Assembly (NCBI GenBank): GCA_023150835.1
Contig: JAKLKB010000002.1
Span: 1 to 64,000 of the forward strand
Reading direction: 5' to 3'
From: Myxococcota bacterium
GTDB taxonomy: Bacteria; Myxococcota_C; UBA6777
DNA length: 64,000 nucleotides
Of the stretch, positions 1 to 9,479 are shown piece after piece; within the stretch, counting starts at the first letter, position 1; each line of letters starts with the position of its first letter. The notes beneath the pieces are model-generated. The model worked only from the letters and a program-made list of their open reading frames with translations. It did no database searches and had not been told where the DNA came from. Made by a program: the position numbers and the translations under genes.

Positions 1-138
1 GTTGAACATCTTCTCAAATGAGGCGGTGAACTCTTGTGCTTCGGCGCTTTGTGTGAACATCTCTATTCCCCTTTCGCGTTTTGAGGTGCGCCATTATGCC
101 ACAAGAATCTGCTTTTACTTCTTAACCTGATGCCAATG
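1..138 (-). mobile_element. Probable left end of an IS4-family insertion sequence running off the window: terminal repeat plus 5' start of a putative transposase
   Basis: Minus-strand CATTGGCATCAGGTTAAG (138-121) resembles family C ends (CATAGGCGTTAGGTTAAG). An ATG at 60 with AAAGGGGA upstream opens MFTQSAEAQEFTASFEKMFN... to the window edge. Confidence 0.5.
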
Positions 139-196
139 GGTACCCACAGGGGCCTGCCCCTACATCTTTACGCTCAAACAACGGGCGGATCTCGTA
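138..196. repeat. Family A MITE-like element, right half (REP-like hairpin plus right end)
   Basis: GGGTACCCACAGGGGCCTGCCCCTAC ... CGGATCTCGTA followed by TGA; matches copies at 10095 and 38043. Confidence 0.7.
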
Positions 197-330
197 TGAT
201 CCAGCCCTTGGTAGTTTGGGTGTCGACACAGTAACCCATCAAAAACACAACGGATCGACTTTACCCCCAAAGCTTCTTCTACCGATCACCACAATCCCAC
301 CACAAGCAACAAACGAAACAAGAGAGACTC

Positions 331-1143
331 ATGTCAAAGATCCAGCTTACATGGAAAAATGTGAAAAACAGCTACCGCTTGTTGAGCAAAGATAAGGAGA
401 TGCTTTTATTCCCCCCTCTTCATTTGGTGACTGTGGGGACAGGGGTTTTTTTGCTGCTTTTTTGTATGGAGTGGCTCTCCTCTATTTTGTTTCCGATCAT
501 GGGCGATTGGCTTGCGATTTTGTTGGTTTATTCTATTTTCTTTGTTTTTCATTTTTCGAATACGTTTTTTAGCGTAGCCATCGTTGCCTGCGTCTTAAAG
601 CGGATCGACGGAGAAGATCCCACTTTAATCGATGGTTTTTCGGAAGCTTTACAACGCATTCATTTGATCTTTTTGTGGTCTTTGTTGTCTGCGTTTGTTG
701 GAATGCTCTTAAAGATCATGGAGAGAATGCGTTACGTTGGATTTTTGGCTATCTTTTTTAATGTGGCATGGTTTCTTCTCTCTTTTTTGGCGATTCCTGT
801 GCTTGTTGAACAAAAGCTTAGCCCTTTTCGTGCGTTGTCCGAGTCAGGTCGCCTGTTATCTGAGAGGTGGGGAGAGGCGTGTGTTGCTGACTTCTCGTTT
901 TCTTTGATCGCTGCTGCTTTCTTTTTTTACTACGGCATATTGATAAATATTCTCTATGCTCTTGTCTTTGGCGGCGATGTGCCAACGGTTTTATTCTGGA
1001 CTGGCGCGATTGGTATCTGGTCCATCAACGTCACAGCATACTCAGCTTTTCGAGCTGTTCTTTATCGTTACGCAAAAGATGGCCTCGTTGTCGACTCTTT
1101 TGAAAAAGACGATCTCCGCCTCGCTGTCAAAAGTTCCGTTTGA
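331..1143 (+). CDS. Multi-pass membrane protein (DUF6159-like)
   Basis: 270-aa ORF with about 6 hydrophobic segments; SYRLLSKDKEMLLFP and PVLVEQKLSPFRALSESGRLLSERWGE resemble this family. Confidence 0.65.
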   Translation: MSKIQLTWKNVKNSYRLLSKDKEMLLFPPLHLVTVGTGVFLLLFCMEWLSSILFPIMGDWLAILLVYSIFFVFHFSNTFFSVAIVACVLKRIDGEDPTLIDGFSEALQRIHLIFLWSLLSAFVGMLLKIMERMRYVGFLAIFFNVAWFLLSFLAIPVLVEQKLSPFRALSESGRLLSERWGEACVADFSFSLIAAAFFFYYGILINILYALVFGGDVPTVLFWTGAIGIWSINVTAYSAFRAVLYRYAKDGLVVDSFEKDDLRLAVKSSV

Positions 1144-1178
1144 TAGGTGGTAGAATTTAGATGTCGGAGGCTTTTTTG

Positions 1179-2450
1179 ATGACAAATCAAACCACAGAAC
1201 AGGCGTTTGAGCGCCATTTTCGTCAATTCGATCTTCCCGAACCAGAACAAAAAAAACAGAGCAGACCTGAGCAGCAACGAACACAAGCGACTCGTAAAAT
1301 ATTCAATCTCTGGCTTTTGGGACTCATCTTGCTTTTGGGCTGCGCAGTCTTTCTTTTTTCGGAAACAGTAGACGGGCAAAAAGTAGATCTCGCTCAACGC
1401 CATTCGTTCTTTCCTCTCTTTCAAGCCTCATGGGCGCGCTTTGTTTTAGAGGAAGCAGCGTATGCTTATTTGGCGATGCTGATGGCCTTCTTCTGCTTTA
1501 TCGATTGGTTTCTTGCTGTTTTGTATCGCCTCAGAAACTTGTCTATCAATGATAACGCTTTGGGTGTGCCTCTCGCTTTTGTTGTAATTTTTTGTTTTGT
1601 TTCTGCTTTATTCTTAGATTTTTTTTCTGATGTAGAAGCTCTGTCTCTGCTCTTGCTCTCTGCTTTGTTATTGCCTGCTCTTCTGCTGCTGGCTTTAACG
1701 CTTCGATGTATGCTCTACCCCAACCACTACGCCCAAACACAAAGAAAAGGTTGGCTTGCTTCTTTGACTTTATTTCTGTTTTGGATAGGGGTCTTCGCTG
1801 GGTTTGTATGGTTTCTTTTCTCGCCTATTTCTGCTTCTTATCGGCACCTTCTTGCAACCGCGTTTTCAGCCTTACCTACACCAAAGATAAAAACCATCGA
1901 AAAAAAATTACAAACACAACACGGTACACTATTACTTGTCGATCAAGGCAAGATTCCTGATTTAAAAAAAGATACTGTACTCTTGTTTTATTGGGCGACG
2001 TGGTGCTCTCCTTGCAAATCATCTCTTCCACTGGTTCGGGATTTCCAAAAGAAATACCACAATCTTCATGTTTTCGCCATCTCATCCCAGCCCCTTGAGC
2101 GCATCGAGAGATGGCTAAAAGAGCACCCGAATGCTGCGCCTTTTTTGCACGCCATTGATTCATCTGGCACTTTTTCCGCATCATTTTCTGTTCGCTCGAT
2201 CCCTACATTTGTTTTGTTACATCAAAACCGCCTGATCGGAAAAGCTGTCGGACCCTCGCAACTCGCTGCAAATTTGGATGATTGGATGCTCTCCACAAAA
2301 GAAACATCCCCACAACCACGCACGCAGCCACAGCGCATACAAAAAAAGAAACACCTACGAAAAAAGAAACACCTACGAAAAAAGAAACACCTACGAAAAA
2401 AGAAACACCTACGAAAAAAGAAACACCTACAAAAAAAGAAACACAAATAG
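1179..2450 (+). CDS. Membrane-anchored TlpA/ResA-like thioredoxin with basic C-terminal repeat tail
   Basis: GGAGG RBS before ATG 1179; N-terminal TM helices; YWATWCSPC CxxC motif; SIPTF cis-Pro loop; (KKKHLR)n tail. Confidence 0.75.
   Translation: MTNQTTEQAFERHFRQFDLPEPEQKKQSRPEQQRTQATRKIFNLWLLGLILLLGCAVFLFSETVDGQKVDLAQRHSFFPLFQASWARFVLEEAAYAYLAMLMAFFCFIDWFLAVLYRLRNLSINDNALGVPLAFVVIFCFVSALFLDFFSDVEALSLLLLSALLLPALLLLALTLRCMLYPNHYAQTQRKGWLASLTLFLFWIGVFAGFVWFLFSPISASYRHLLATAFSALPTPKIKTIEKKLQTQHGTLLLVDQGKIPDLKKDTVLLFYWATWCSPCKSSLPLVRDFQKKYHNLHVFAISSQPLERIERWLKEHPNAAPFLHAIDSSGTFSASFSVRSIPTFVLLHQNRLIGKAVGPSQLAANLDDWMLSTKETSPQPRTQPQRIQKKKHLRKKKHLRKKKHLRKKKHLRKKKHLQKKKHK
2342..2445 (+). repeat. 18-bp in-frame tandem repeat, about 5.5 units, encoding KKKHLR
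   Basis: AAAAAAGAAACACCTACG repeated. Confidence 0.95.
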
Positions 2451-2539
2451 TCGAAGGGCGGTTTGGGTGACGGATCCAGAGTCGGGTATCTCGGATGTTT
2501 CCTATTGATTTTCGATATTCAATCGACATCTGCTATCGA

Positions 2540-2706
2540 TAGGTGTGACGCTTCTGCAACCCCCCATGTTCGAGGCATTTCAAGCAACAGAACCCTCCGA
2601 GTAGAAAACGATCGACCTCTTCGCCGATACGGGGTCAAGGGAGCCGCGCTAACCTAGCGCGTATGGGGTGAAACCCCACAAACACCATCCAACTGCGTAA
2701 GTCCTA
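2540..2706. mobile_element. Family G MITE-like element carrying a family D repeat and a solo family C end
   Basis: Ends TAGGTGTGACGC (2540) and ACTGCGTAAGTCCTA (2692-2706); D core at about 2557-2679; TAACCTAGCGCGTATG at 2650-2665 followed by GGGTGAAACCC. No matching TSD. Confidence 0.6.
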
Positions 2707-2923
2707 TACATAGTGAATATCCGTTCTGTAAACAACAAACGGTGAACTTGACAGGCCAACGCAAGATCTTGTACTTTTTGGTCGTTCGGGTTGGCCCTAC
2801 CACAAAACAAATGCCGACTCGCTGTGTTTTCCGCTCTATCGCTGCTTTCGAGCCACATACGCTATCTCCCTTTGCTCCGAGCCAAGACGAAGCGCTCGGA
2901 CAGGGAGGAAATTGAGGTTTGTG

Positions 2924-4747
2924 ATGCAAAGGTTGAATCTTTTTTGTGTTTGGATGATCGCTCTTTGGCTTGTTTGGATGGGAGGATGCGGTGAAAAAAC
3001 GGATCCGCTGCCCGACGGCGGCAACAACCGCACCGAATACACGATCTCGAAAGCAGAATGGACGGAAACAGCCGTCCGAAAAGTCCTTCACACATTTGCC
3101 TACGGCGGTTTTGCAAGCGATCAGCAAATCAAAGCATGGTCGGAGATGGAACCCCAAGACGCCATCGAAGATATCTTGAGCGCAAAGGTCTTCAACAAGC
3201 GGCTTTCTCCCCCTGATCCCGTGGACAATCTGCAAGATCGCGGTGGAACATTGCAGACGTTGCGCAACTTTTGGGCTTCGACAGACGCCTCCAACCCCAC
3301 ACAACCCGATGCGATCAAAAACTATTCTTTTGCCTCATGGAACGTGGCTGCAGAAACGTGGTTTTCTGCCGTCAAACGCCGAGGCATTAACCCCGTCCGA
3401 CAAGCCCTCGGATTTTGGGAAACCAACTACCATCTTTGCGTGAACTTATCGGTGGGTGTGAGTCCTCAACAGGCCCTCGCTTACTATGATCGGATCATGG
3501 ACGCCATCGCCGAAAACAAGCCTTACCAAACCATCCTCGCCGAAGCCGCTCTTTCTCCCGCTGTCGCCACACAATACAACCACAAAGACAACGTCTTCAA
3601 AGACGGCAAGTTTTCAGGCAACGAAGACTTCGCCCGAGAATTCCATCAGCTTTTCTTTGGTATCCTCGGCGGTTATGATCATGCCTACCACGAGTTCACC
3701 ACCATCCGAAACACCGCCAAAGCCCTCACCGATATGGTAGTAAAACGCGGAAAAGACGGAACCAACAGCTTTTGGGACGATCAAATCGAGTATGGAACCA
3801 AGTTCCATTATCCCGGTGGCCTCGAGATCCTCAAGCAAGAGATCGCTGGGAACTCCGCCAAAGAAAAAATTCAAAAACTCGCAGAAGTCGCCATCCAGCA
3901 CTCAGAATCCTTGGCGAATCTGCCTGTGATCATCGTCAACGGCTTCGCAGACGACAACCTCACCGATGAAAAACTACAGATCATCCGAAAGATCTGGGCT
4001 GATCTCCAAACCAAAGACCTGCTCGCTTTCCTCCGACGTTACGCGATCTCCACCGCCTTTCACAACGCAACTCGCGTCAAATACTGGTCTAGCATCAATC
4101 GCCTCGTTCTCACCCACAACTTGATGACGCTCGGCAATAAAGAGACGTATCTCGGTGCCTTCGACCTCTCCAATGCCTTTTACAACGAAGGCGTTTCACC
4201 CTTCCGCCCCAACCACGATGTCTTCGGCAGCCAGACGGGGCGCGAAGCCTCGCTCACGGCAGATATCTTCAAACGCGCCTACAACCGCAGCGTCTCGGGG
4301 GTTTGGGAATATGTGCGCATCTCGATTACAGACAAGCAAGACAAAAACAAGATCCTGTGGGAGAAAGATTGGACCTCCCATCTGCCGAAAAACGCGGACG
4401 GCTCGTATCGCGTCAAAGACACGGCAGAATGGTTGTGGAATCGGTTTGTTGCGGATGGCTTAAAGAACTTTGGCAGTTTGGAGCGCGCTCATGTCTATGC
4501 GCTGTTGGCGAGCGGATCGGACTTTGCGTACTGGATCAATAAAAACGATCCGCTCAAGGTCTACACCAAAACCGAGATCGAAACGGATCGCCTGTTGATC
4601 GATCGGATCCAAGATGTTGAAAAAGCCCGACTGGACGGTCTATCGAGCGCAGACGCCAAAGAAAAACAAACCGCAAACAAGCGCATCGGCCTTGCCATCG
4701 CCTTTATCACAGCCACCCCTTATATGTTCGCACAAGAAGGGAAATAA
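2924..4747 (+). CDS. DUF1800-like exported protein, probable lipoprotein
   Basis: Signal peptide ending GGC; NEDFAREFHQLFFG motif like the DUF1800 NENYARE motif; directly upstream of a DUF1501 gene. Confidence 0.7.
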   Translation: MQRLNLFCVWMIALWLVWMGGCGEKTDPLPDGGNNRTEYTISKAEWTETAVRKVLHTFAYGGFASDQQIKAWSEMEPQDAIEDILSAKVFNKRLSPPDPVDNLQDRGGTLQTLRNFWASTDASNPTQPDAIKNYSFASWNVAAETWFSAVKRRGINPVRQALGFWETNYHLCVNLSVGVSPQQALAYYDRIMDAIAENKPYQTILAEAALSPAVATQYNHKDNVFKDGKFSGNEDFAREFHQLFFGILGGYDHAYHEFTTIRNTAKALTDMVVKRGKDGTNSFWDDQIEYGTKFHYPGGLEILKQEIAGNSAKEKIQKLAEVAIQHSESLANLPVIIVNGFADDNLTDEKLQIIRKIWADLQTKDLLAFLRRYAISTAFHNATRVKYWSSINRLVLTHNLMTLGNKETYLGAFDLSNAFYNEGVSPFRPNHDVFGSQTGREASLTADIFKRAYNRSVSGVWEYVRISITDKQDKNKILWEKDWTSHLPKNADGSYRVKDTAEWLWNRFVADGLKNFGSLERAHVYALLASGSDFAYWINKNDPLKVYTKTEIETDRLLIDRIQDVEKARLDGLSSADAKEKQTANKRIGLAIAFITATPYMFAQEGK

Positions 4748-4751
4748 TCGG

Positions 4752-6173
4752 ATGAATCGACGAGACTTTATCAAATCGGCCCTTTGGGGTGCTGCTTTTT
4801 TGGGTGGTGGGCTTCACTTGCGGGAGATCTTGGCTGCTCCGCCCTTTCCGACCCATGAGAAAACGGTGTTTGTCAACCTCTTGCTCGAAGGAGGCCCCGA
4901 CTTTCGGCATCTTTTTGTGCCACCGTTTGATTCCAACAAGCAGAGTTATGGCTACCAGTATTGGTCTGCACGCGCCACGTCCCACGCGCTTGAACTCAAA
5001 GACGAAGCCTTCGAAAAGCGTTGGCAAGAGTACTTGCGTGTGGAGCGCGATGGTGTGGTGTTTGGCATCCACCCAACAGCCGCTTGGCTCAAAGAGGCGT
5101 TTGAGGCTGGAAAAGTCGCCATCGTCAACAACGTCCTACATTCAAACACCCGCGATCACGCCCATTCGCTGCTTGTGCTTCAAAGCGGAGACTACGCCAC
5201 TTCTCCGCACGAAGTCAGTCGCAGCGGCTGGGGAGGACGGCTGGCCAAAGCCGCCCAAGGCAACGTCCTGTCGATGACGCCCCATATCACGATGTTTTGC
5301 AACGGTCCCCACCCCACCAATGCCCTCGGCCACGACAACAGCGTCGTCCTTTCCGCCGCCACCACCCGACCTTTTGCCTTGGCCTATCCCGACCGACTCA
5401 AAACTGAACCCGCCTACATGGGCGATGATGCTGTGATGGCACGCGCTCTGCGCAGCTATTATGAAGCCAAGCGCCAAGAACTCGATGCCAACTCGCCTTA
5501 CGCACGTTTTCTGACGCACGAAAAAGCCTTGCGCGAGTTTGGAGACGCGATCTCCAAACGGCTCGACAACATCGCCATCCCCGATCCGATCAAAGCCTTC
5601 TACGGCAGCGATGCCGCTACAGCGATGGCCAACAAGCGCTTTGGCGAAGAACTCCGAAACCTTTACGATTCTTTTGCTTGTGCGGATCTCGTCAATCTAC
5701 GGATCGCTTCGCTGATCTATGGTGGATGGGATAGCCACAAATGGCAGAAGGACTCGATCGAACCGAAGTTCAAGGATATCTTTGGCAAAGATCGCGGCTT
5801 GGATATCTTTATGAGAGAACTCAAAACCGCGATGCCCGAAGCCCAAGAGCGCGTGGTCTTCGCGATCTCAGGAGAGTTTGGGCGGCAACTTAGCTCCAAC
5901 GGTGATCGCGGAACGGACCACGGGCGCGGAAATACCGTCTTGTTGATCGGTGAAAAAGTCAAAGGCGGGATCTACGGCGAGATGTTCCCCCAAAGCGAGA
6001 TCCCACGCTTCCAACAGCCGGGCGAAGATATCGAAGGCCGCACTTCTTTCGAGCGGGTATTCGGCGAGATCTGCGAATGGATCCAAACCGGCACCGCCGA
6101 CACTGTCTTCCCCAAACGCAAAGACTCTGCCGCTGAACAGGGCGTTCCCTTCGAGCAGCTCTTCAAAAAATAG
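4752..6173 (+). CDS. DUF1501 family protein with Tat signal
   Basis: MNRRDFIK twin-arginine motif; LLEGGPD, GGWDSH, SGEFGR and GTDHGRG motifs. Confidence 0.85.
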   Translation: MNRRDFIKSALWGAAFLGGGLHLREILAAPPFPTHEKTVFVNLLLEGGPDFRHLFVPPFDSNKQSYGYQYWSARATSHALELKDEAFEKRWQEYLRVERDGVVFGIHPTAAWLKEAFEAGKVAIVNNVLHSNTRDHAHSLLVLQSGDYATSPHEVSRSGWGGRLAKAAQGNVLSMTPHITMFCNGPHPTNALGHDNSVVLSAATTRPFALAYPDRLKTEPAYMGDDAVMARALRSYYEAKRQELDANSPYARFLTHEKALREFGDAISKRLDNIAIPDPIKAFYGSDAATAMANKRFGEELRNLYDSFACADLVNLRIASLIYGGWDSHKWQKDSIEPKFKDIFGKDRGLDIFMRELKTAMPEAQERVVFAISGEFGRQLSSNGDRGTDHGRGNTVLLIGEKVKGGIYGEMFPQSEIPRFQQPGEDIEGRTSFERVFGEICEWIQTGTADTVFPKRKDSAAEQGVPFEQLFKK

Positions 6174-6213
6174 CACTGTTGGGCTTGTTGGGACTTGTTG
6201 GGTGGCTCTGCCC

Positions 6214-6452
6214 CATAGGCGTTAGGTGAAGCGGAGGAAAGCCCCCCACCCCGCCCTCCCCCGTGAACAGGGGAGGGAGCGAAAGTCGGAAGCCTCGGGG
6301 ATTTTGTTTTTTCATGACGCACGCTGTATGCACGAAATGCAGACACTGCCCGTTCCAACTTCCCCCCGTTCACGGGGGGATTGAGGGGGGGGAGAAAAAA
6401 AAAGCGATCAAGACCGACTCTACGAGGTTTCCACCTTAACAAGGCGCGTATG
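6214..6452. mobile_element. Family C (IS4-like) MITE inserted in a family D hairpin
   Basis: Ends CATAGGCGTTAGGTGAAG and CTTAACAAGGCGCGTATG; flanks TGGCTCTGCCC and GGACTCTGCCC (imperfect 11-bp TSD); interior nearly identical to 15502-15726. Confidence 0.8.
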
Positions 6453-6592
6453 GGACTCTGCCCCACGCCCCGCAAGGGACTTACGCCCCTTGACCCCGTA
6501 TCGGCGAAGAGAGCATCGGTTTTCACACACAGACGGCGCTGTCGCTTGAAACGACACGAACACGGGGGGTTTTGTCTACTGCGTCAGCGCTT
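6453..6592 (-). repeat. Family D structured repeat (about 130 bp) with a degenerate G-type end
   Basis: CCCCACGCCCCGCAAGGGACTTACGCCCCTTGACCCCGTATCGGCGAAG ... TCGCTTG ... CGAACACGG ... ACTGCGTCAG. Confidence 0.75.
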
Positions 6593-6813
6593 CTGTTTTC
6601 TCGCACACGGGTTTTTTGGCTGCTGCGTCATCTCTCGTATTTTCTTGCGCAGAGCCTCTAGCCATCGCGCCTATCCATCAGACGCCCGCATCGCATCTTG
6701 CCAAAAACCGACAACTCCTCCATAGGAGGATCGCGAAAAATAGGCACTTGTCCGCCAAAGGCTGCGCATCACACGAGAAACGCAACAAGCATTCATCCGA
6801 GGAGTTTTGAGCG

Positions 6814-7929
6814 ATGACAAAAACAGAACAGATCTGGTGGTCCGAGATCGACGATGGTTCGGTCGAGATGAGCGATCAGCAGGGGCCACTTTACGAAGCG
6901 GGTCGAAAAGCCCATAAACGGCTACCACAGGGCAAGATCACCGAAGTGACACTGCGATGTCCGACGATCCGTGTGTGGCATATTCAATCGCTCTTCAAAA
7001 GCCTCCCTGCGATCGACAGCCTGTTGCTCTTGCATGACGAAGAGATCGAAGAAGGCGTCTTTGCGCAGCTATCGCAGTTTCCGAACCTGACTTCTCTGGT
7101 GATCGGAGCCGCACAGCAACCGTTGCGCCCTGCACAACTGCAAGAACTGTTGGCCTCCACTCGCCTCGAAGAATTACATCTCGGAACCCTCGAACAAACC
7201 GAAGGGATCTTGGCCCCGCTTACCGAGCAAAAACGCATTAAGACGCTTTCTCTTTCGGCCTTTGAGGGGCCGGCCTCTCTGTTGCGCGATGTCGCCAAGA
7301 TGACATGGCTCGAAACCTTCTCTCTGGCCTTTGAAAGCAACTTCAGCGCCGAAGGTTGGCGGATCTTGAGCGAGATGGAGGCTTTGCCGTCTCTTTCGCT
7401 GTATTTTTACGGTCAGGAAGAGCTCGAAGACTCCGACGAGGCCGAAGATCAAGAGTACGATGAAGAAGAGTCTTTACGGCTTCTGGCCGAAGATACAGAC
7501 TTTTCCTTCCTCCAAGGGATGCGCGCTTTGCGCTCGTTTGAACTCGAATGCTTCTCGCTTTCGGAAAAGCAGGCCCAACAGATCGCCTCGTTGGCCCCGC
7601 GACTTCAGGAGTTGGATTGCGAGGATTGCTTTTTTGAAAAAGGCGCTCTCGAAGCGTTCGCAGCACTGACCGAGATGCGCACCTTTGCTTTGGCATACTG
7701 CGAATCCGAATCCTCCGTAGACTGGGGATTTTTAGAGAAGCTGTTTTCGCTCGAAGACTTCGCTTTTTCTGCCGAAGAACTCCCCAAAGGCTTGTTGCCT
7801 GTGCTGTTCAAGATCAGCAGTTTGCGCCGTGTATCTTTGGTTCTCGATCAGATCGAAGACAAAGACCTGAAACGGCTTGAAAAAGGCTTTGGCCCGCACA
7901 TCACCTTGGATCTGGATATCCTCTCCTAA
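6814..7929 (+). CDS. Leucine-rich-repeat protein (RNI-like)
   Basis: Repeated LxxLxL units (FPNLTSLVI, RLEELHL, ALRSFEL, RLQELDC); acidic insert. Confidence 0.7.
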   Translation: MTKTEQIWWSEIDDGSVEMSDQQGPLYEAGRKAHKRLPQGKITEVTLRCPTIRVWHIQSLFKSLPAIDSLLLLHDEEIEEGVFAQLSQFPNLTSLVIGAAQQPLRPAQLQELLASTRLEELHLGTLEQTEGILAPLTEQKRIKTLSLSAFEGPASLLRDVAKMTWLETFSLAFESNFSAEGWRILSEMEALPSLSLYFYGQEELEDSDEAEDQEYDEEESLRLLAEDTDFSFLQGMRALRSFELECFSLSEKQAQQIASLAPRLQELDCEDCFFEKGALEAFAALTEMRTFALAYCESESSVDWGFLEKLFSLEDFAFSAEELPKGLLPVLFKISSLRRVSLVLDQIEDKDLKRLEKGFGPHITLDLDILS

Positions 7930-7959
7930 ACGACCCGAAACGAATGTTCTTGGGCTTTA

Positions 7960-8072
7960 CACGGTATCCGAGTGATGTGTGATCGAAGGAGAGTGCGTAG
8001 ACGCCCTGTAATAGAGCAGCCCCCTGTGGCTGCCCCTACCTCTTTACGATCACACAACGGGCAGATTTCGTA
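7960..8072. mobile_element. Family A MITE-like element (degenerate ends)
   Basis: CACGGTATCCG...GTGTGATCG and CGATCACAC...CAGATTTCGTA ends; internal GAGCAGCCCCCTGTGGCTGCCCCTAC hairpin. Confidence 0.7.
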
Positions 8073-8282
8073 TGGTGGGCGAACAGACTCCATGAATGCT
8101 CAGGGCGCGCATGGCCGACGCCAAACCACTCCCTTTCCGTTCGGTCCTCTACCTGCAAACACCTCGACACCGCAAGCGACCCCCTCCAGCAAGAAAAACC
8201 TTCCGCTCGGCCCTCTGCCCGCAAACGCCTCGCAACGCTCGTTTGGATCTTCGTAGGATGCGCTTGGCTCGTCTGGGCGTGG

Positions 8283-9335
8283 GTGGGGTGCGATCGCGCC
8301 TTGTGCGGAAAAGACCGCTCCTGTGGTGTTGGCGAGTCTTGTGTTGTCGATCGCTGTACACCTTGCATCGGCCCTTGCTCCGAAAGCCAAAGCGAAACAG
8401 GGAGAGAGAGCATCTCTGTCTTAGAACCACCGAAAGAATCCACGTCGTCGCTTGAACGGACAAACGAAGCCCCCCTGCCAAACGAGAACCCTCTCGCCGA
8501 AGAACCTCTCGCCGAAGCAGGCCCCATTGAGTCCCTCCCCGAACCCAAAGCCCCCGAATCTTCCGAATATCGAGAAGAACCCATCCCCGAACCCATCCCC
8601 GAACCCATCCCCGAAGGGCCTTGTGTCGAAGGCGTACAACGCCCTTGTTATGATGGCCCACAAAACACACGCGAGATCGGGCGTTGTCGAGATGGAAAAC
8701 AAACCTGCCAAGCCGACGGTAGTTGGGGGCCTTGCGTGGGATCGATTCTCCCCACAACCGAAACTTGCGACGGCACGGACGAAGATTGCGATGGTCATAT
8801 CGACGGTGGCAAGAGCTTGCTTGGGTGTGTAAGTACCATCGCAGGAAACGGCCAACGCGGTTTCGCCGAAGGCTTCGGGCGTTCTGCTCAATTCAACTAT
8901 CCCACCGAGCTTGCGATCGCCCCCGATATCGCGATCGATGCAACCAACCAATACCTCTTCGTCGGAGACAACGACAACCATCAGATCCGACGGATCCGCC
9001 TCTTGGACGGCTATGTCACAACCTATGCAGGTACAGGCCAACGCGGTTTTGCCGAAGGTGACGCCCTCAACGCACGTTTTTATGCGCCGCTCGGCCTCGT
9101 GAGCGAACCCAACGGCGCGGTCTTTGTTGCGGATTCGATCAACTACCGTATCCGCATGATCAACCCCCTTGGACAGGTGATCTCCGTCGCTGGAGGAACA
9201 CGTGGAAACCGCGATGGGTTCGGCAATCTAGCGCAGTTCGCTGGCCCCGCAAGTGTTCAACGCGGCCCTCGCGGCGATCTGTACGTTGCGGATTTTTCCA
9301 ACCACACCATCCGAAAGATCACGATCCATCCTTAA
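8283..9335 (+). CDS. Cys-rich protein with putative metal-binding (ETCDGxDEDCDG) motif and NHL-repeat beta-propeller; true start uncertain
   Basis: ETCDGTDEDCDG motif; NHL repeats (IAGNGQRGFAEG..AQFNYP, YVADFSNHTIRKI); EPIP repeats. Confidence 0.75.
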   Translation: MGCDRALCGKDRSCGVGESCVVDRCTPCIGPCSESQSETGRESISVLEPPKESTSSLERTNEAPLPNENPLAEEPLAEAGPIESLPEPKAPESSEYREEPIPEPIPEPIPEGPCVEGVQRPCYDGPQNTREIGRCRDGKQTCQADGSWGPCVGSILPTTETCDGTDEDCDGHIDGGKSLLGCVSTIAGNGQRGFAEGFGRSAQFNYPTELAIAPDIAIDATNQYLFVGDNDNHQIRRIRLLDGYVTTYAGTGQRGFAEGDALNARFYAPLGLVSEPNGAVFVADSINYRIRMINPLGQVISVAGGTRGNRDGFGNLAQFAGPASVQRGPRGDLYVADFSNHTIRKITIHP

Positions 9336-9479
9336 CGAACAAAAAAGGTTCTTCTTGTGGCCGCTGTCTTCTGCCATACTGCGCTTGCGTTGCTGTGGGT
9401 GTTGTGCCATAGATGCCCTTGCAAGCGAACCCAAACCCACAACAGGGCCTTGTTTTTGTGATGGAGACCGTCTGAGATC

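Noticed and set aside
5972-6725. Short ORFs over intergenic repeats (also 15230-15669, 38128-38430, 49849-50261)
   Set aside because: They are translations of MITE/REP sequence and recur wherever the repeats do.
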